Shown: positions 11,750 through 23,941, counted from the stretch's first letter. The stretch: 64,000 nt of DNA from Malacoraja senta (GCA_038087875.1 CM075989.1:18106001-18170000), one strand, 5' to 3'. The notes: generated by a model from the sequence alone, not told the origin. Translations and numbers: made by a program.

Positions 11750-12035
11750 ACGTGTTTGCGGTCATCGGCGGTGAAGCGCGGCTTCGCCTGTAGAGTGGAC
11801 CGCACGGCAACGGCGAGAGCGCCGAGCCTATCCACGGGAGCGCCGCACGGATGCTGCGCGGGGGCCGAGTGATTCAAATACGGCTGGTCCCACGTGCTTG
11901 CGGTAAGTAAAAAATAGGGCAGGCCGACTGCGATGACGTCGGCCCGCCGCACGTGACTCACTAGCGTCGCCAATGACCGCAGACTCGTGAGACAGGCCTT
12001 TAAATCCACACACCAGTCAATTGTTCGCAGTGTTG
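11750..12035. promoter_or_regulatory. CpG-rich regulatory cluster (promoter or enhancer candidate)
   Basis: CACGTG 11891-11896, TGACGTC 11934-11940, CACGTG overlapping TGACTCA 11950-11960, CCAAT 11970-11974 and TTTAAAT 11999-12005. CpG density is high relative to the flanks. Confidence 0.5.
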
Positions 12036-12222
12036 ATCAACATATGACACGGGAAATTTGTTTGGTGATCTGCTTTCATTGACTTTTCAGCTGCCGCAGA
12101 TTTGAGTCATAAAGCACACACAGGCTCTTTTGCCCAACTCGTCCATGCCGACCAAGATGCCCCATCTAAGCTAGTCTCCATTTCCTGATGGAGAGATTCA
12201 GAGAGTCTGCTGCAATCAGACT

Positions 12223-12450
12223 GCACGGGGTGGCACAGTGGGTAGAGCCACTGCCTCAATGAACCCGGGAACAATCCTGACCTCGGGTCCTGTCTGTGTG
12301 GAGTTTTCAGGTTCGCCATGACCACGTGGGTTTCCTCCGGGTGCTCTGGTTTCTCCCCCCCCCTCCCCCCACTGCCCAAAGACATGCGATCGTAGTTTAA
12401 TTGGCCTCTGTAAAAATTGCCCTCAGTGCGAAGGGAGTGGATGAAAAAGT
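12223..12450 (+). mobile_element. Degenerate V-SINE
   Basis: Diverged tRNA-like head and V-domain. Confidence 0.7.
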
Positions 12451-12472
12451 GGGACATCAAAGAACCAGTGTT

Positions 12473-12860
12473 CCGTTGAGTTTGTCACATGTACCGAGGT
12501 ATGGTGAAAAACTTTTATTGCTTGCTATCCAGTCAGCGGAAAGACAATACATGATTACAATCGATCCGTCCACAGTGTACGGATACATGGTAAAGGGAAT
12601 AATGTGAATAGCCTTTAGTGCAAGATAAAGTTCAGTGACATCCGATCAAAGATAGTCCAAGGGTCTCCAATGAGGTAGTTAGTAGCTCAGGACTGCTCAC
12701 TAGTTGTGGTAGGATGGTTCAGTTGCCTGATAACAGCTGGGAAGAAACTGTCCCCGAATCTGGAGGTGTGCATTTTCACATTTCTGTACCTCTTGCCAGA
12801 TGGGAGAAAGGAGAAGGGGGAGTGGCTGGGGTGCAGCTTGTCCTTGCTTATGCTGGTGCC
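12473..12860 (-). mobile_element. Rex1/Babar-type LINE 3' end
   Basis: Minus ORF ...CENAHLQIRGQFLPSCYQA; the 3' UTR ends ttcaccatacctcggtacatgtgacaaac and matches 31790-32200. Confidence 0.7.
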
Positions 12861-14278
12861 CTAGTGTGAACAGGTGATCGATGGTTAGCATGGACTCGGC
12901 GAGTGGAACGGCCTGCTTCAATGCTGTATCTCTAAACTAAACTTAAAAGCAATTTGGTGCGTCTCACCTAGTTCCTGATGGACAGATCCATGCAGTGAGC
13001 TGCAACCAGGTTGCCCGATCCCTCTCCTGATCAGGTAGGACAAGACTAACCAACGGGGCGAGAATATAACCAACAGGAATACCCTGGGAAATAAATAATT
13101 TTATCTGCCTTATCTTCAATGCTAATGCTACACGACACACAACAACCCTGTCATTTGAAGGCTATATTAAATTTATTTTACCATTTCAACCAACACATGA
13201 AGGGATAAAATTTGGACAGTGTATACACGCACATGGTTATGGTTTATTAACAAATGTAATTTTACCAAATATAGATTACTGTAACTAATAAATCGCTTCA
13301 TATTGCCTCTCAACACTGAACAATTTGGGAGAGTACATTTTAACTGACCCTATCTTCCAGTCAGCAACATTTCCCAAGGATCGGATATTGTTCAGATCGT
13401 GCTGTCAAGTCAGTGTTGAATTAGTTTTGTTTGGAAGTTTAATTGATTGGAGCAGAGCTGCAATCCCGAGGAAATGGCTGGCTTTGAAGTCCCGAATGAA
13501 GCAAAACTCAGTCGACAAATCAAGAACGGCATCTCGGACGCCTGTTGTGCCCACTGTGAACAAGCCAACCCCGTAACAAATTAGAAGCCTTTAAAGGCAG
13601 ACTCGACGCAGATTCCCTTTTGCACAATTCAACAGAAGCATGCGCCAATTTTTAATTTACAAACTAACATCTCCTCTCTAACCAGAGCTCCCTTAAAACA
13701 TTTTAAATTCTCTCTTTAAAGATCAAATACCTGCACATACACTGTTACCCATAATTGATGAGCAGGTTAGAGCACAGGCGTCTTTCATCAATAGAGCTAG
13801 AGCTGCCTTTTGTGACAGGACAGTGTACCAGCACCTCTAATGTGACACGTATGTTTATTAATCGTGCTTGGCTAATGGATAATCTAAGCGAATGAAATAG
13901 AACGTTTGTTTAGACTTAGCTTTCAGTTATTATATTACAAGTTAAAAGTGCTCCCAATGTTCGGTGTACTGATGGAAGGAAAAAAATAAATTGGTGATAA
14001 ATGTAGCTAGATTTGTAATTGATAATGCTTACCAGCACATTTATGTTGAGATGAAAAGCCAACATGTTTCCTATCTGGGATTTATCAGAAAGCAAATCCC
14101 GATAAAATCTGTCCCTTTCCCTTCCTCCCTTGGCACACACACCTGCCCCACCACTCACTTTGCCAAATATTTTTAGAGACTTGCCTCCCTGTGAAACATT
14201 GGGTTGAAGTTTCAAACAGAATTGTGTTCACATTCTGAAACGGCATCAAAGCCATCTTGTTCAATGTCAATACATCGC

Positions 14279-14500
14279 GTGTAGGAAGGAACTGCAGATG
14301 CTGGTTTAAACCGTAGACACGAAAAGCTGGAGTGACTCAGCGGGACAGAAGAAGGAATGGGTGACGTTTTGGGTTGAGATCCTTCTTCAGACTGAAAGTC
14401 ATGGGAAAGGGAAACGAGAGATATAGACGGTCATGTAGAGAGATATAGAAAAATGAATCAAAGATAGTCAAAAATGTTATGATGATAAAGGAAACAGGCC
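14279..14500 (-). mobile_element. PLE-derived repeat with hammerhead-like motif (14363-14390)
   Basis: Starts GTGTAGGAAGGAACTGCAGATGCTGG; reverse of 56305-56567. Confidence 0.8.
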
Positions 14501-14523
14501 AATATATCATCATTCAATATCCT

Positions 14524-14805
14524 TTAGTTTAGTTTAGAGATACAGCGTGTTAACAGGCCCTTTGGCCCACCGGGTCCACGCTGACCTTAAGTCACCCATA
14601 CACTAGTTCTATCCTACGCCCCAGGGTCAATTTACAGGAACTGATAAACTTAAAAACCCGCATGTCTTTGGGATGCGAGAGAAAACCAGAGCACCTGGAG
14701 AAAACCCATGTGGTGACAGAGAGAACGTGCAAACTCCGCACAGACAGTACCCATAGTCAGGATTGAACCGTGGTCTCTGGCGCTGTAAGGCAGCAGCTCT
14801 ACTGC
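14524..14805 (-). mobile_element. HE1-type V-SINE
   Basis: Reverse complement of the consensus. Confidence 0.85.
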
Positions 14806-15261
14806 TAAGTGACAAAGGATTAAATGACAATACAGGTGGACCTGCAGATAGCCATGAGGTGCACTGTCAAATGGAAATTAAGCTACGTTGGTGGAACAAC
14901 TTGCCCAGAGTCGTCTGTAAGCAAATTATGACTTCTTGTGTTACATCCAATTTATTGTAGAACAGAATTAAATGCAAATATTTTTCATAAAAATTCTCAA
15001 AGACCGAACTGTGGAGAGACATGGTATTAGCGTGTCCCGACGTGAGCGGGCTCTGACCGTTACATGCCCTGGTGAGTGTTTGTACATGTTCTATGTGTGG
15101 GCATGGAGTAATCGGAAGATCAAGATAAACATTTTTTTTAATGGGTTTACACAAATGAACTCTTGTGCCAAAGCATGTGCTAACAGATGGGTGACACAAC
15201 TTAGTACCTGGAAATATAGATAAAAGAGGAGGTGAATGTAAAATGCAAGGAGAGGTCAAAA

Positions 15262-15805
15262 AGCTGTACAGCATGGAGACAGGCCCTTCAGCCCACCTTG
15301 TCCATGCCAACCGAGTTGACATATTGGGCTAGTCTCCTTTGGCCCACATCTGCTCTCTGCTATCCATATATCTGTCCAAATGTATTTTAAAAGACATAAT
15401 TGTTTCCACTTCGATAGCTTCCTCTGGCAGCTCATTCCAGATGCAGACTATCCTCGGAGTAAAATGGTTGCCCTCGAGGTCCTCTCTCCTCTCACCTTAA
15501 GCCTGTGCCCTCGAGTTTTAGAATCCTCTACCCTGGGAAAAAGACTATGAACATTCACTTTATCCGTGCCCTTCGTGATCTTGTATACCTTAATAAGATC
15601 ACCACAGGTTTAATGTGAAGGGGGAAAGATTAAATAGGAACCAGAGGGGTAACTTTGTTTGCACAAAGGGTGGTGGGTATATGGAACAAACTGCCAGAGG
15701 TAGTCAAGGAGGGTACAATATCAACATTTAAAAGACATTTAGACAGGTACATGGATAGGTCACATTTAATGGTATATGGACCAAATTCAGACAGATGGGA
15801 CCAAC
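15262..15805. mobile_element. Two CR1 3' fragments in opposite orientation (15262-15603 minus, 15605-15805 plus)
   Basis: Plus ORF FAQRVVGIWNKLPEVVKEGTISTFKRHLDRYMD. Confidence 0.8.
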
Positions 15806-16300
15806 TTAGTTTAGTTAGTAAGTTTAGTTCATTGTCACATGTACTGAGGTATATTGAAAAGCTTTTTGTTGCGTGCTATCCGATCGGGGGAAGACTATAC
15901 ATGATTACAATCAAGTCGTCCACAGGAAAAAGGGAATAATGTTTAGTGCAAGATAAAATCCAGTAAAGTCCGATTAAAGATAGTCCAAGGATCTCCAATG
16001 AGGTAGATGGTAGCTCAGTTGCTGATGGGATGGTTTGCTGGGAAGAAACTGCCCCTGAATCTGGAGGTGTGCGTTTTCACACCCTCTTGCCTGATGGGAG
16101 AGGGGACATTTGGGAGTGAGACTCATCCTCGATTATGCTGGTGGCCTTGCCGAACCAGTGTGAAGTATAGATGGAGTCAATGGAAGGGCGATGGTCTGGG
16201 CTGCGTCCACAATACCCTGCAATTTGTTGCGGTCTTGGATGGAGCTGTTCCCAAACCGTGCTGTGATGCATCCCGATAAAATGCATTCTACAGCGCAAAT
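15806..16300 (-). mobile_element. Rex1/Babar-type LINE 3' fragment
   Basis: Minus ORF CAVECILSGCITARFGNSSIQDRNKLQGIVDAAQTI (DUF1891-type RT C-terminus). Confidence 0.8.
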
Positions 16301-17094
16301 GTAGAGATGGGGCATCTTGGTCAGTATGGACGAGTTGGAGCGAAGGGCCTGTTTTCTTGCTGCGTGACTCTTGAAAAAGCTTTTGAAAACATGAGAATCA
16401 GGATTGAAGAGCGTTTTATTTTGATGGGTGCAGTGTTTAGTTCCTCCGGCACTTTTGTTTTGCATTTCCATAGATCTGCTGCACAGAGGTCCGGCCACGA
16501 GTTAGTAACTCTAAATGCCACGTCAGGGCAATATTGGTCGGCATCTCACCTTGAGCTTTTCTTAAACTCAACCTCATGTCGTCGGCTGTCCACATTTACA
16601 CCTAGTCTTCTCCCCCATCACCTCTGCTCGTGAGCAGGGACACAAATTTAAAACTCCCATTCATGGTTACGCTACTCGCCAAGGCCCAACACTCGAATAA
16701 TTCAAGTCAACAGTATTTTATTGTCATATGTCCCAGATAGAGCAATGAAATTCTTACTTGCAGCAGAACACAATATGTAAACATAGTACACTGTAAACAA
16801 TATAATAAAAGAGAAAAAAAAGTTTAGTGTGTGTGTATATATATATATATATATATCACCCACGCCTTGATTTTCGCCAAGCACGAACTGCCTTGTCTTT
16901 GGGTGCGGCAATTCCCTCCCTCTCCCTTTGAAAGGCATCTTTAACACTGACCGACCGACCGACCACATTCTGCTCTAACTCCAATCACAAGTTTTTCAGG
17001 TGACACCACTGCAGTGGAGAGGGGACAGAGTACAGGAAAGAGATTGAGAGCTCAGAGACATGGTGTCAAGACAGCAACCTCTCCCTCAATGGCA

Positions 17095-17300
17095 GCAAGT
17101 GGAATTCATTGCCACAGAAGGCTGTGGTGGCCAAGTCAATGGATATTTTTACAGGCAGAGCTAGATAGATTCTTGATGAGTAACGATGTCAGGGGTTATG
17201 GGGAGAAGGCAGGAGAATGGAGTTAAGAGGGAAATATAGATCAGCCATGATTGAATGATGGAGTAGACTTAATGGGCTTAATTCTGCTCCTATGACATGA
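17095..17300 (+). mobile_element. CR1-type 3' fragment
   Basis: ...QAELDRFLMSNDVRGYGEKAGEW. Confidence 0.85.
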
Positions 17301-17304
17301 ACTT

Positions 17305-18455
17305 ATCAAGATGAAGGAGCTAGTTATTGACTTCAAGAAGCGAGGTGATGTACATGCCCCAATGGAACCAAAGTGGAGATGGTCGTGAGCTTCAGGTTCC
17401 ATGGCTTAAATACCACCAAACAATTTGTCCTGGATCAACCACATTGAAACTCGGGCCAAGAAACCACACCAACATCTCGACATATACCTCCTCAGAAGAC
17501 TAAGGAAGTTTGTCAAGTGTCTGATAACTCTCACCAACTTCTACAGATGTACCGTAGAAAACATCCCACCAGAGTGCATCACAATTTGGTTTGACATCAC
17601 CTCTGCTCAAGAACGCCAAAAAATACTGAGAGTTGAGAGTGTAGCCCAGTTTAGTTTATTGTCACGTGCACAGAGGTACAGTGAAAAGCTTCTGTTATGT
17701 GCTAACCAGTCAGCGGAAAGACAATATATGATTAGAATTGAGCCATTCACAGTGGATAGATAGATGCATGATAAGGGAAATGCAGGGTAAAGCCAGTAAA
17801 GTCCAACCAAAAATAGTCTTTGGTCACCAATGTGGTAGATAGTAGTTCAGATATTAGATAGTAGTTCATCACACAGGCCAGAGTCTCCACCATCAACACT
17901 ATCTACACTTCATGCAACCTTGGGAAAACAGTTAACATAATCAAGGATCTTTCACACCATGGTCATTCCCTCTTCTCCTCTCTCCCATCAGGTAGAGGAT
18001 ACAAAAGCTTGCAAGTGTTTACAGCTAGATTCAGGAACAGCTTCTTCCTTGCTGTCATCAGACTCCGGAACGGGCTTCCCATAAGTTACAGTGTAGTCCC
18101 GATCTTCCAACTTACCTCATTGCAGACCATGTGTTTAAGAAAGAACTGCAGATACTGGAAAAAGGTAGACAAATATGAAGGTAGACAAAAATGCTGGAGA
18201 AACTCAGCGGGTGAGGCCTCACCCACTGAGTTTCTCCAGCATTTCTGTCTACCTTCATTGCAGACCATGGGTTTGTTCCACTGTAACTGTAATGTAATAA
18301 CACTAGTTTCAGTGCTATTGTATTTTTCTCTTTGCACCTCCTGTAGTTGTGAAATGGCTTGATGTTACTCATGTATGGTATGATTTCATTGGACTGGATA
18401 GCACGCTAACAAAGCTTTTCATTGTATATCTCTACACACGACGATAATAAACCAA
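17305..18455 (+). mobile_element. Rex1/Babar-type LINE 3' portion with nested insertions (17648-17865, 18132-18254)
   Basis: SWINHIETRAKKPHQHLDIYLLRRLRKF...TLTNFYRCTVE and TARFRNSFFLAVIRL motifs; 3' UTR ends gataataaa. Confidence 0.8.
18132..18254. mobile_element. PLE-derived mini-element with inversion and 15-bp TSD
   Basis: TCATTGCAGACCATG at 18117-18131 and 18255-18269. Confidence 0.8.
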
Positions 18456-18602
18456 GATCAATACACATATATAATCACCCTTTCCCAATAGATGGGCTGC
18501 TTGAACTTTGCTCAGTCTGGTAACTGCAGGACGTTGCACTAGGTTCAAGGTACTGTAAGCAATTAAGATGTTGTTTCATTCAATAAAGGACTTGCTTTTA
18601 TC

Positions 18603-18891
18603 AGTTTAGTATAGTGAGACAGCGCAGAAACAGGCCCTTCGGCCCACCGAGTCTGCACCGACCAGCAATCCCCGCACATTAACACTATCCCACACACACA
18701 TACATTTATACCAAGCCAATCAACCTACAAGCCTGTGCGTCTTGGAGAATGGGAGGAGACTGAAGATATCCGAGGAAACCCACGCGGTCATGGGGAGAAC
18801 ATACAAACTCCTCATGCACGAGCACCCATAGTCAGGATCGAACCCGGGTCTCTGGCGCTGTAAGGCAGCAACTCTACTGCTGCGGCACCAC
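18603..18891 (-). mobile_element. HE1-type V-SINE
   Basis: Reverse complement of the consensus. Confidence 0.9.
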
Positions 18892-19933
18892 ATTGAAGAT
18901 ATAACTGGTTATTTTAAAGAGTAAAAAAACAAGTGCTAGAGTAACCCAGCAGGTCAGGCAGCATCACTGGAGAACATGGACAGGTGACATTTTGGGTCAG
19001 GACTTTTTCCCCTTGTTTTATCCCCAAATGCGAAATGAATGCATGCGTCACATTGCCTTTGTCAACCGAACTGCATCAGATGCATTACAATTTTCTGAAA
19101 ATTGCTCATTGAAGTGCTCTGGGGAGAACATTAGTTGGAGCGCCCTGCCACCGCATTGCCTTTTTGACAATCCCGTTTTCAGTCAGGGCTTTGAAAGAGA
19201 AAAATAACAACTTTAATTCCCTCTATAATTACAATATAATATTGCATTATCACATTTGCCAAGCCGCAGTGTATTACATGTTGAAAAATTCATAATTCCC
19301 ATCCGCAAACCGCGACTTGCTGGAAGATGTGTAAAAGTTCAATAAGGCTCCAACTCTTCCAATTATCTTCATTGTTGGAATTGGGTATATTTTCTCCTAC
19401 ATAATTCATGTCAGTATCAAATATAGTTCCCTTTATATCCAAGGATATTGCTAGTTGTGAATAATAGAAAGCTCATAATGTTACATGCCTCGCAACTATT
19501 CAAAGTAATGCTAGCTGAATGAATGGGTGCCTTTTTTAAAAAAAATCCTGCTCTTCAATCAGTTCAGTCGTTTAAACAAAAGGTGAACAAAAGTTCAATT
19601 GGAATTACCAGCCTGAACAAGATAACCCAACGATCACCGGGACCTCGAGAACACATCCATTGTCTTGTTGGAAAGTATAACCTTAGAAGTTCTGTGCTTC
19701 CTTTCCAAAGATTGTTACATACCTACAGATACCAGTTGAAGCACAACATCCCAAACAGGCAAAACCATAAACATTTCATAATGGAAGGTGGACCATTTGA
19801 CCATTTTACAGATAGATTACAGATTAGTTTGTCGTCACCTAGACCAGAGTGTAATGAACTTCCTTGTTCACATGAAGCTGACTGAATAAACAATACACAT
19901 TCAGTGGAGATAAGTATATTGACTAGTTTCCGT

Positions 19934-20312
19934 GGATGAGGGGTGATCTGATGGAGATGTACAAGATCATGAGGGGAATTGATGGGACAGATGTACAGAG
20001 TCCTTTACCTAGAGTAGGGGAATCTGGATTCAAAAACAGAGGACATAGAGTTGAAGTGAGAGGGGAGCGATTTAATAGTAATCTGAGGGGTAGCTTTTTA
20101 AACACAGAAGATGGTGTTGTATGGAATGAGCTGCCGGAGCAGGGAGTTGCGGCAGGTACTATAACAACGTTTAAAAGACATTTGGACAGGTACATGTATA
20201 GCAAAGGGTCAGAGGGATGTGGGCTAAACACAGGCAGGTGGGACTAATGTAGATGGGGCACCGTGGTCGGCATTGGCAAGCTGGGCCGAAGGGTCTGTTT
20301 CTGTGCTGTATG
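19934..20312 (+). mobile_element. CR1-type LINE 3' fragment
   Basis: MRGDLMEMYKIMRGID...WNELPE...TFKRHLDRYM. Confidence 0.9.
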
Positions 20313-20611
20313 AAAATGTCCAAGCACAAAACAGCAGAATGCTGCAAAGGTTTAGTGCAAAAGAATATTAAAGCACAACAGCGGATTGACAACAACTCGG
20401 GAATGGGTGTGAAATAGATGATTGGTTCAGGAGTTGTTTAGCAGAGGGGAAGAAGCTGTTCTGTATTCTGGCTGACTGGGCGTTCAAGCTTCTGCATCCA
20501 CTCCCAGAAGGCGAAAGAGAGAAGAGGCTATAGCCTGCTTGGCAGGCATCCTTGACAATACCGCCAGCATCCCTCATGCCACGCACTGTGGAAGGGAGCG
20601 TTGAGCCCTTA

Positions 20612-20847
20612 AGACTTTAGAGATACAGCACGGATACAGGCCCTTCGGCCCACCGAGTGTGCGCTGATCAGCAATCACCCCGTACACTGTACTATCCTAC
20701 ACACACTCGGAACAATTTACAATTTTACCAAAGTCAATGAACGTACAGACCCGCACGTCTTTAGAATGTGGGAGGAAACCGGAGCACCCGGAGAAAAACA
20801 ACGCGGTCACAGGGACAACGTACAAACTTCTTACAGACAGCACCTGC
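20612..20847 (-). mobile_element. HE1-type V-SINE, 5'-truncated
   Basis: Reverse complement of the consensus. Confidence 0.85.
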
Positions 20848-22129
20848 AACTAGGCCATTCGGCCCATCAAGTCTACTCCGCAATTCAATCATGGCTGATC
20901 TATCTCTCCCTCTCAATCCCATTCACTTGCCTTCTCCCCATAATCCCCGACACCTTTCCTCACAACCCTACGTTATTCGGTCGGTCCCAAATGATAGTCC
21001 AAAGGAGCGAGTCCTTTCCTCCGCCTCTAGAGGCAGCGAGTGGCAGAATCTTTACAAAAACAGATACAAATCATTGTTCAACACTTGAATCATTGAATTA
21101 CTGATTTTGAATGCAAACTCTCCCCATTGCCAGCTACCACTGTACATATCACATGAACTCAGTGATGCGAATGTGCATTTTCTACAATAAACCCACTCTT
21201 ATTTTCGCAGTCACGGTGCATGAAACAGTAGCTGAACATCGAGTGCATTTGGGTAGCGCACCGGCTAAGGTGTTACAGGGAAATGAGACCGGGGTTAAAC
21301 TGGCTCGGTGACCAGTTGCCAGATTCGCTATGCCTTACACTTTGTAAGTCAGACCCTGATTAAAAACTTTTAAAAAAGTAACTGAGTAAACAAGGAAGAC
21401 ATATTCTGAACTGGGTTCGTGGACACAATGCAAATCTCCCCTGCAAACACAGAGAAATCACCTGAGCACCGAGCATTATATTTCTGAAACTTCCCAGCTT
21501 AGTACTCATGTGCAATTTCGTTCCTGCGAGCACATTAAACTTTGCTAACCTGTTTAAAATGCAGCAACGTCGGGGCATGCCAAACTGCTGCCGCCGCCGC
21601 TGGCTGGAGTTGTGTTTTATTCCACACACCTCGTTGCCTTTAGCATCCAGGAGGATGTGAGCCAGGGCTTTCAATCCAGCGGTTCAGGTTGAGGGGATCC
21701 ATTGTTCGCTTGTTGTACAACTGCTTTCCACCAGCCTCTGCCGGGAGCAGCTCACCGCTGTTTGCCCCCCACCCAAGTTAGGCTGAAGCCTCTGCTCGCT
21801 GCTTCCTCCCCCCTCCTCCCCTTCCCCTTTTCCCCGAGACCTAGGTCCCTGTGGGTCCCAGCCAAAAGCTTGCTGATCTTCAGAGACCCAGCAGCGATCA
21901 GATGTCAACTCTGCCCCCCACCCTCCCCTCCACACTTGCCCACAGCACCCCCTCCTTAACACGCCAGCCCACCTCTGGAAACAACAAGCCTGTGGCTCCA
22001 GCTCACGTTAACTTTACTTTCCAGAAACTCCAAGGACAATTCATTCCGTGAAAGGCAGCGAGTAAAAATAGCACTTTCCCTGCTATTCCTGCACCCTCCC
22101 TGGTTCGCATTGCCTGCGTCCACTTTAGC

Positions 22130-22900
22130 CCCGCGTTCAGCCCGCTGCACTGATACTGATAGCCGGCAGCGTTGCACTTCATTCACCGGCTTGTATTTAT
22201 TTCGCATTGTGTGACTGCACACGGAAAGCAGCAAACAACAGCCCTACCTCACACGCTCGCCATAGGGCTCAGAAGTTGCGCTCTCGCCTGGCAAACTATC
22301 CGCTCCAACCAACTCTTGGCTCCTCCAAATCACGGGCACGCCGAGAGAGAAAAACAAACTGATCCACGGCGAATGGTGTAATCTGATCCGTCTCACTCAC
22401 ACCCCCCCGTGCATGGAGGCTGCAGCTGCCAATGAGGCGGCCGGGGCAGGCTCGGCCCACCTCCACGTCCCTCCTCCCCCCCCCTTCCTCTGTCCCTCCT
22501 CTCCCTTCCCCCTGCCTCCTTCACTCACCCCCCTCCTATCCTCTCCACCCTGCCTGCCTGCCTGCCCTCCCCCTCTCTCCCCTCCTCCCCTCCCAGCACC
22601 GGTGTAAATAAACCACGGCTAGTGCAGCGCCTGCCGTCCACCCCCCCCCCCCCCCCAGCTCTCGCTGACCCCCTTCCTGGCCCCCAAACCCCAGCAGACT
22701 CCCCCCGCAAGCCCTCGCACCGCGGTTAGTTAAAGGCACAGAGTACCGTTCGCTCGCTGCTGGCAACAAATACAAACTCCATCTAGTTCGGGCGAACCAC
22801 TGCGCTGCTCGGGATAATATTTACCTGAATGAATAACAACCCTGTTCCTACTTTCCCCCCCTCTCTCCTGAACGCGCTCGCCGCTGCCAACAACAGCAAT
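22130..22900 (-). promoter_or_regulatory. CpG/GC-rich putative promoter of an unidentified gene
   Basis: Repeat-free, CpG-enriched block with a CCAAT box (22429-22433), GC-box-like motifs and a long C-rich tract (22461-22710). Confidence 0.5.
22248..22410 (-). other. Putative first (5' UTR) exon
   Basis: Minus strand reads ...ATGGCGAGCGTGTGAG|GTAGGG, a splice-donor match with GT at 22247-22246. It lies just downstream of the CCAAT/GC-rich block. The 5' boundary is a guess. Confidence 0.35.
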
Positions 22901-23094
22901 TGCAACACTGGCTACTTCTCCAGCCAGCTCCTAAAACCATAAGACTTCATTCCCGCCGAGTTACCCCAGCGTTTTGTGTCAGATTTCTTTCTAACCTCAG
23001 CAACCAGTAAAGCCTTCGGTAATAACTCTTCCTTCCCGCCCATTTTGTGCTCAGATGGTCCCCAGCCCATCTTCATCCCCCTCCCCTAGAAACA

Positions 23095-23300
23095 CAGAAA
23101 ATAGCCTGTTTCCTTTATCATCGTCACTTTTTTGTGTTGCTTATCTTTCATTCATTTGCTCGACATCGCCGTTTCTATCTCTCGTTTCCCTCACCCCTGG
23201 CTCTCAGTCTGAAGAAGGGTCTCGACCCGAAACGTCACCCATTCCTTCTCTCCAGAGATGCTGCCTGTCCCCGCTGTTACTCCAGCTTTTTGTGTCTATC
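23095..23300 (+). mobile_element. PLE-derived repeat
   Basis: Matches 56305-56567. Confidence 0.8.
23209..23236 (+). ncRNA. Minimal hammerhead ribozyme motif (PLE type)
   Basis: CUGAAGA-A-GGGU(CUCG)ACCC-GAAA-CGUC: conserved core, helix II and palindromic ACGU in place of helix III. Confidence 0.65.
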
Positions 23301-23419
23301 CCAGTAAAAGAGTTAACTGTGGCATTGCTGACTACTGTTGGCTAACATGTGTGTGTTAGACCCGGGGTGAGGGGAAGAGCCGGTGCCAATGTGTAGAAAG
23401 GAACTACAGATTCTTCTGC

Positions 23420-23612
23420 AGTGGAATTCTTTGCCACAGAAGGCTGTGGAGGCAAAGGCAGTGGATATATCTAAGGCAGAGATAGATAGATAGATTCTTG
23501 ATTAGTCCGGGTGTCAAAGGTTATGGGGAGAAGGCAGGAGAACGAGGTTAGGGGGGAGAGATAGACCAGCCATGATTAGACTTGATGGGCCGAATGGCCA
23601 AATTCTACTCCG
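23420..23612 (+). mobile_element. CR1-type 3' fragment
   Basis: GTGGAATTCT..GCCACAGAAGGCTGTGGAGGC...GGGCCGAATGGCC. Confidence 0.8.
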
Positions 23613-23907
23613 TTCACTTATGATGCTGGTTTTACACCGAAGATAGAAACAAAATATTGGAGTAACTCAGCGGGACAAGCAGCATCTCTGGAGAAAATAC
23701 GTGGGTGACCTCTAATAATGGCGAGCAAAACACAAACTGCTGGAAGAACTCAATTCCTTCTCTCCCCAGAGATGCTGCCTGTCTCGCCGCCGGTGCCAAT
23801 GTCCCGGGCTGAGACGGCCAACCCCGCCGATCAGGTGTCCAGTTTCCCCGCGTCCCATGTGTCCAACAGACACACGGGCTAAGAGCCACTAGAGTTGGCA
23901 GCAACCT

Positions 23908-23941
23908 TCCCTCCCTCCCTCCCTCCCTCCCTCCCTCCCTC
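23908..23941. repeat. (CCCT)n microsatellite
   Basis: Direct reading. Confidence 0.9.

Noticed and set aside
12671..12692. let-7-like TGAGGTAG seeds (also ~15999 and ~25843)
   Set aside because: They lie inside LINE/SINE sequence, the rest of the mature miRNA does not match and there is no hairpin.
15003..15071. Possible plus-strand exon ending at CTG|GTGAGT
   Set aside because: Weak acceptor, unrecognisable peptide and no partner exons.
22249..22251. TGA at codon 5 read as selenocysteine
   Set aside because: No SECIS or downstream exon is visible and there is no resemblance to a selenoprotein I recognise; a uORF stop is simpler.
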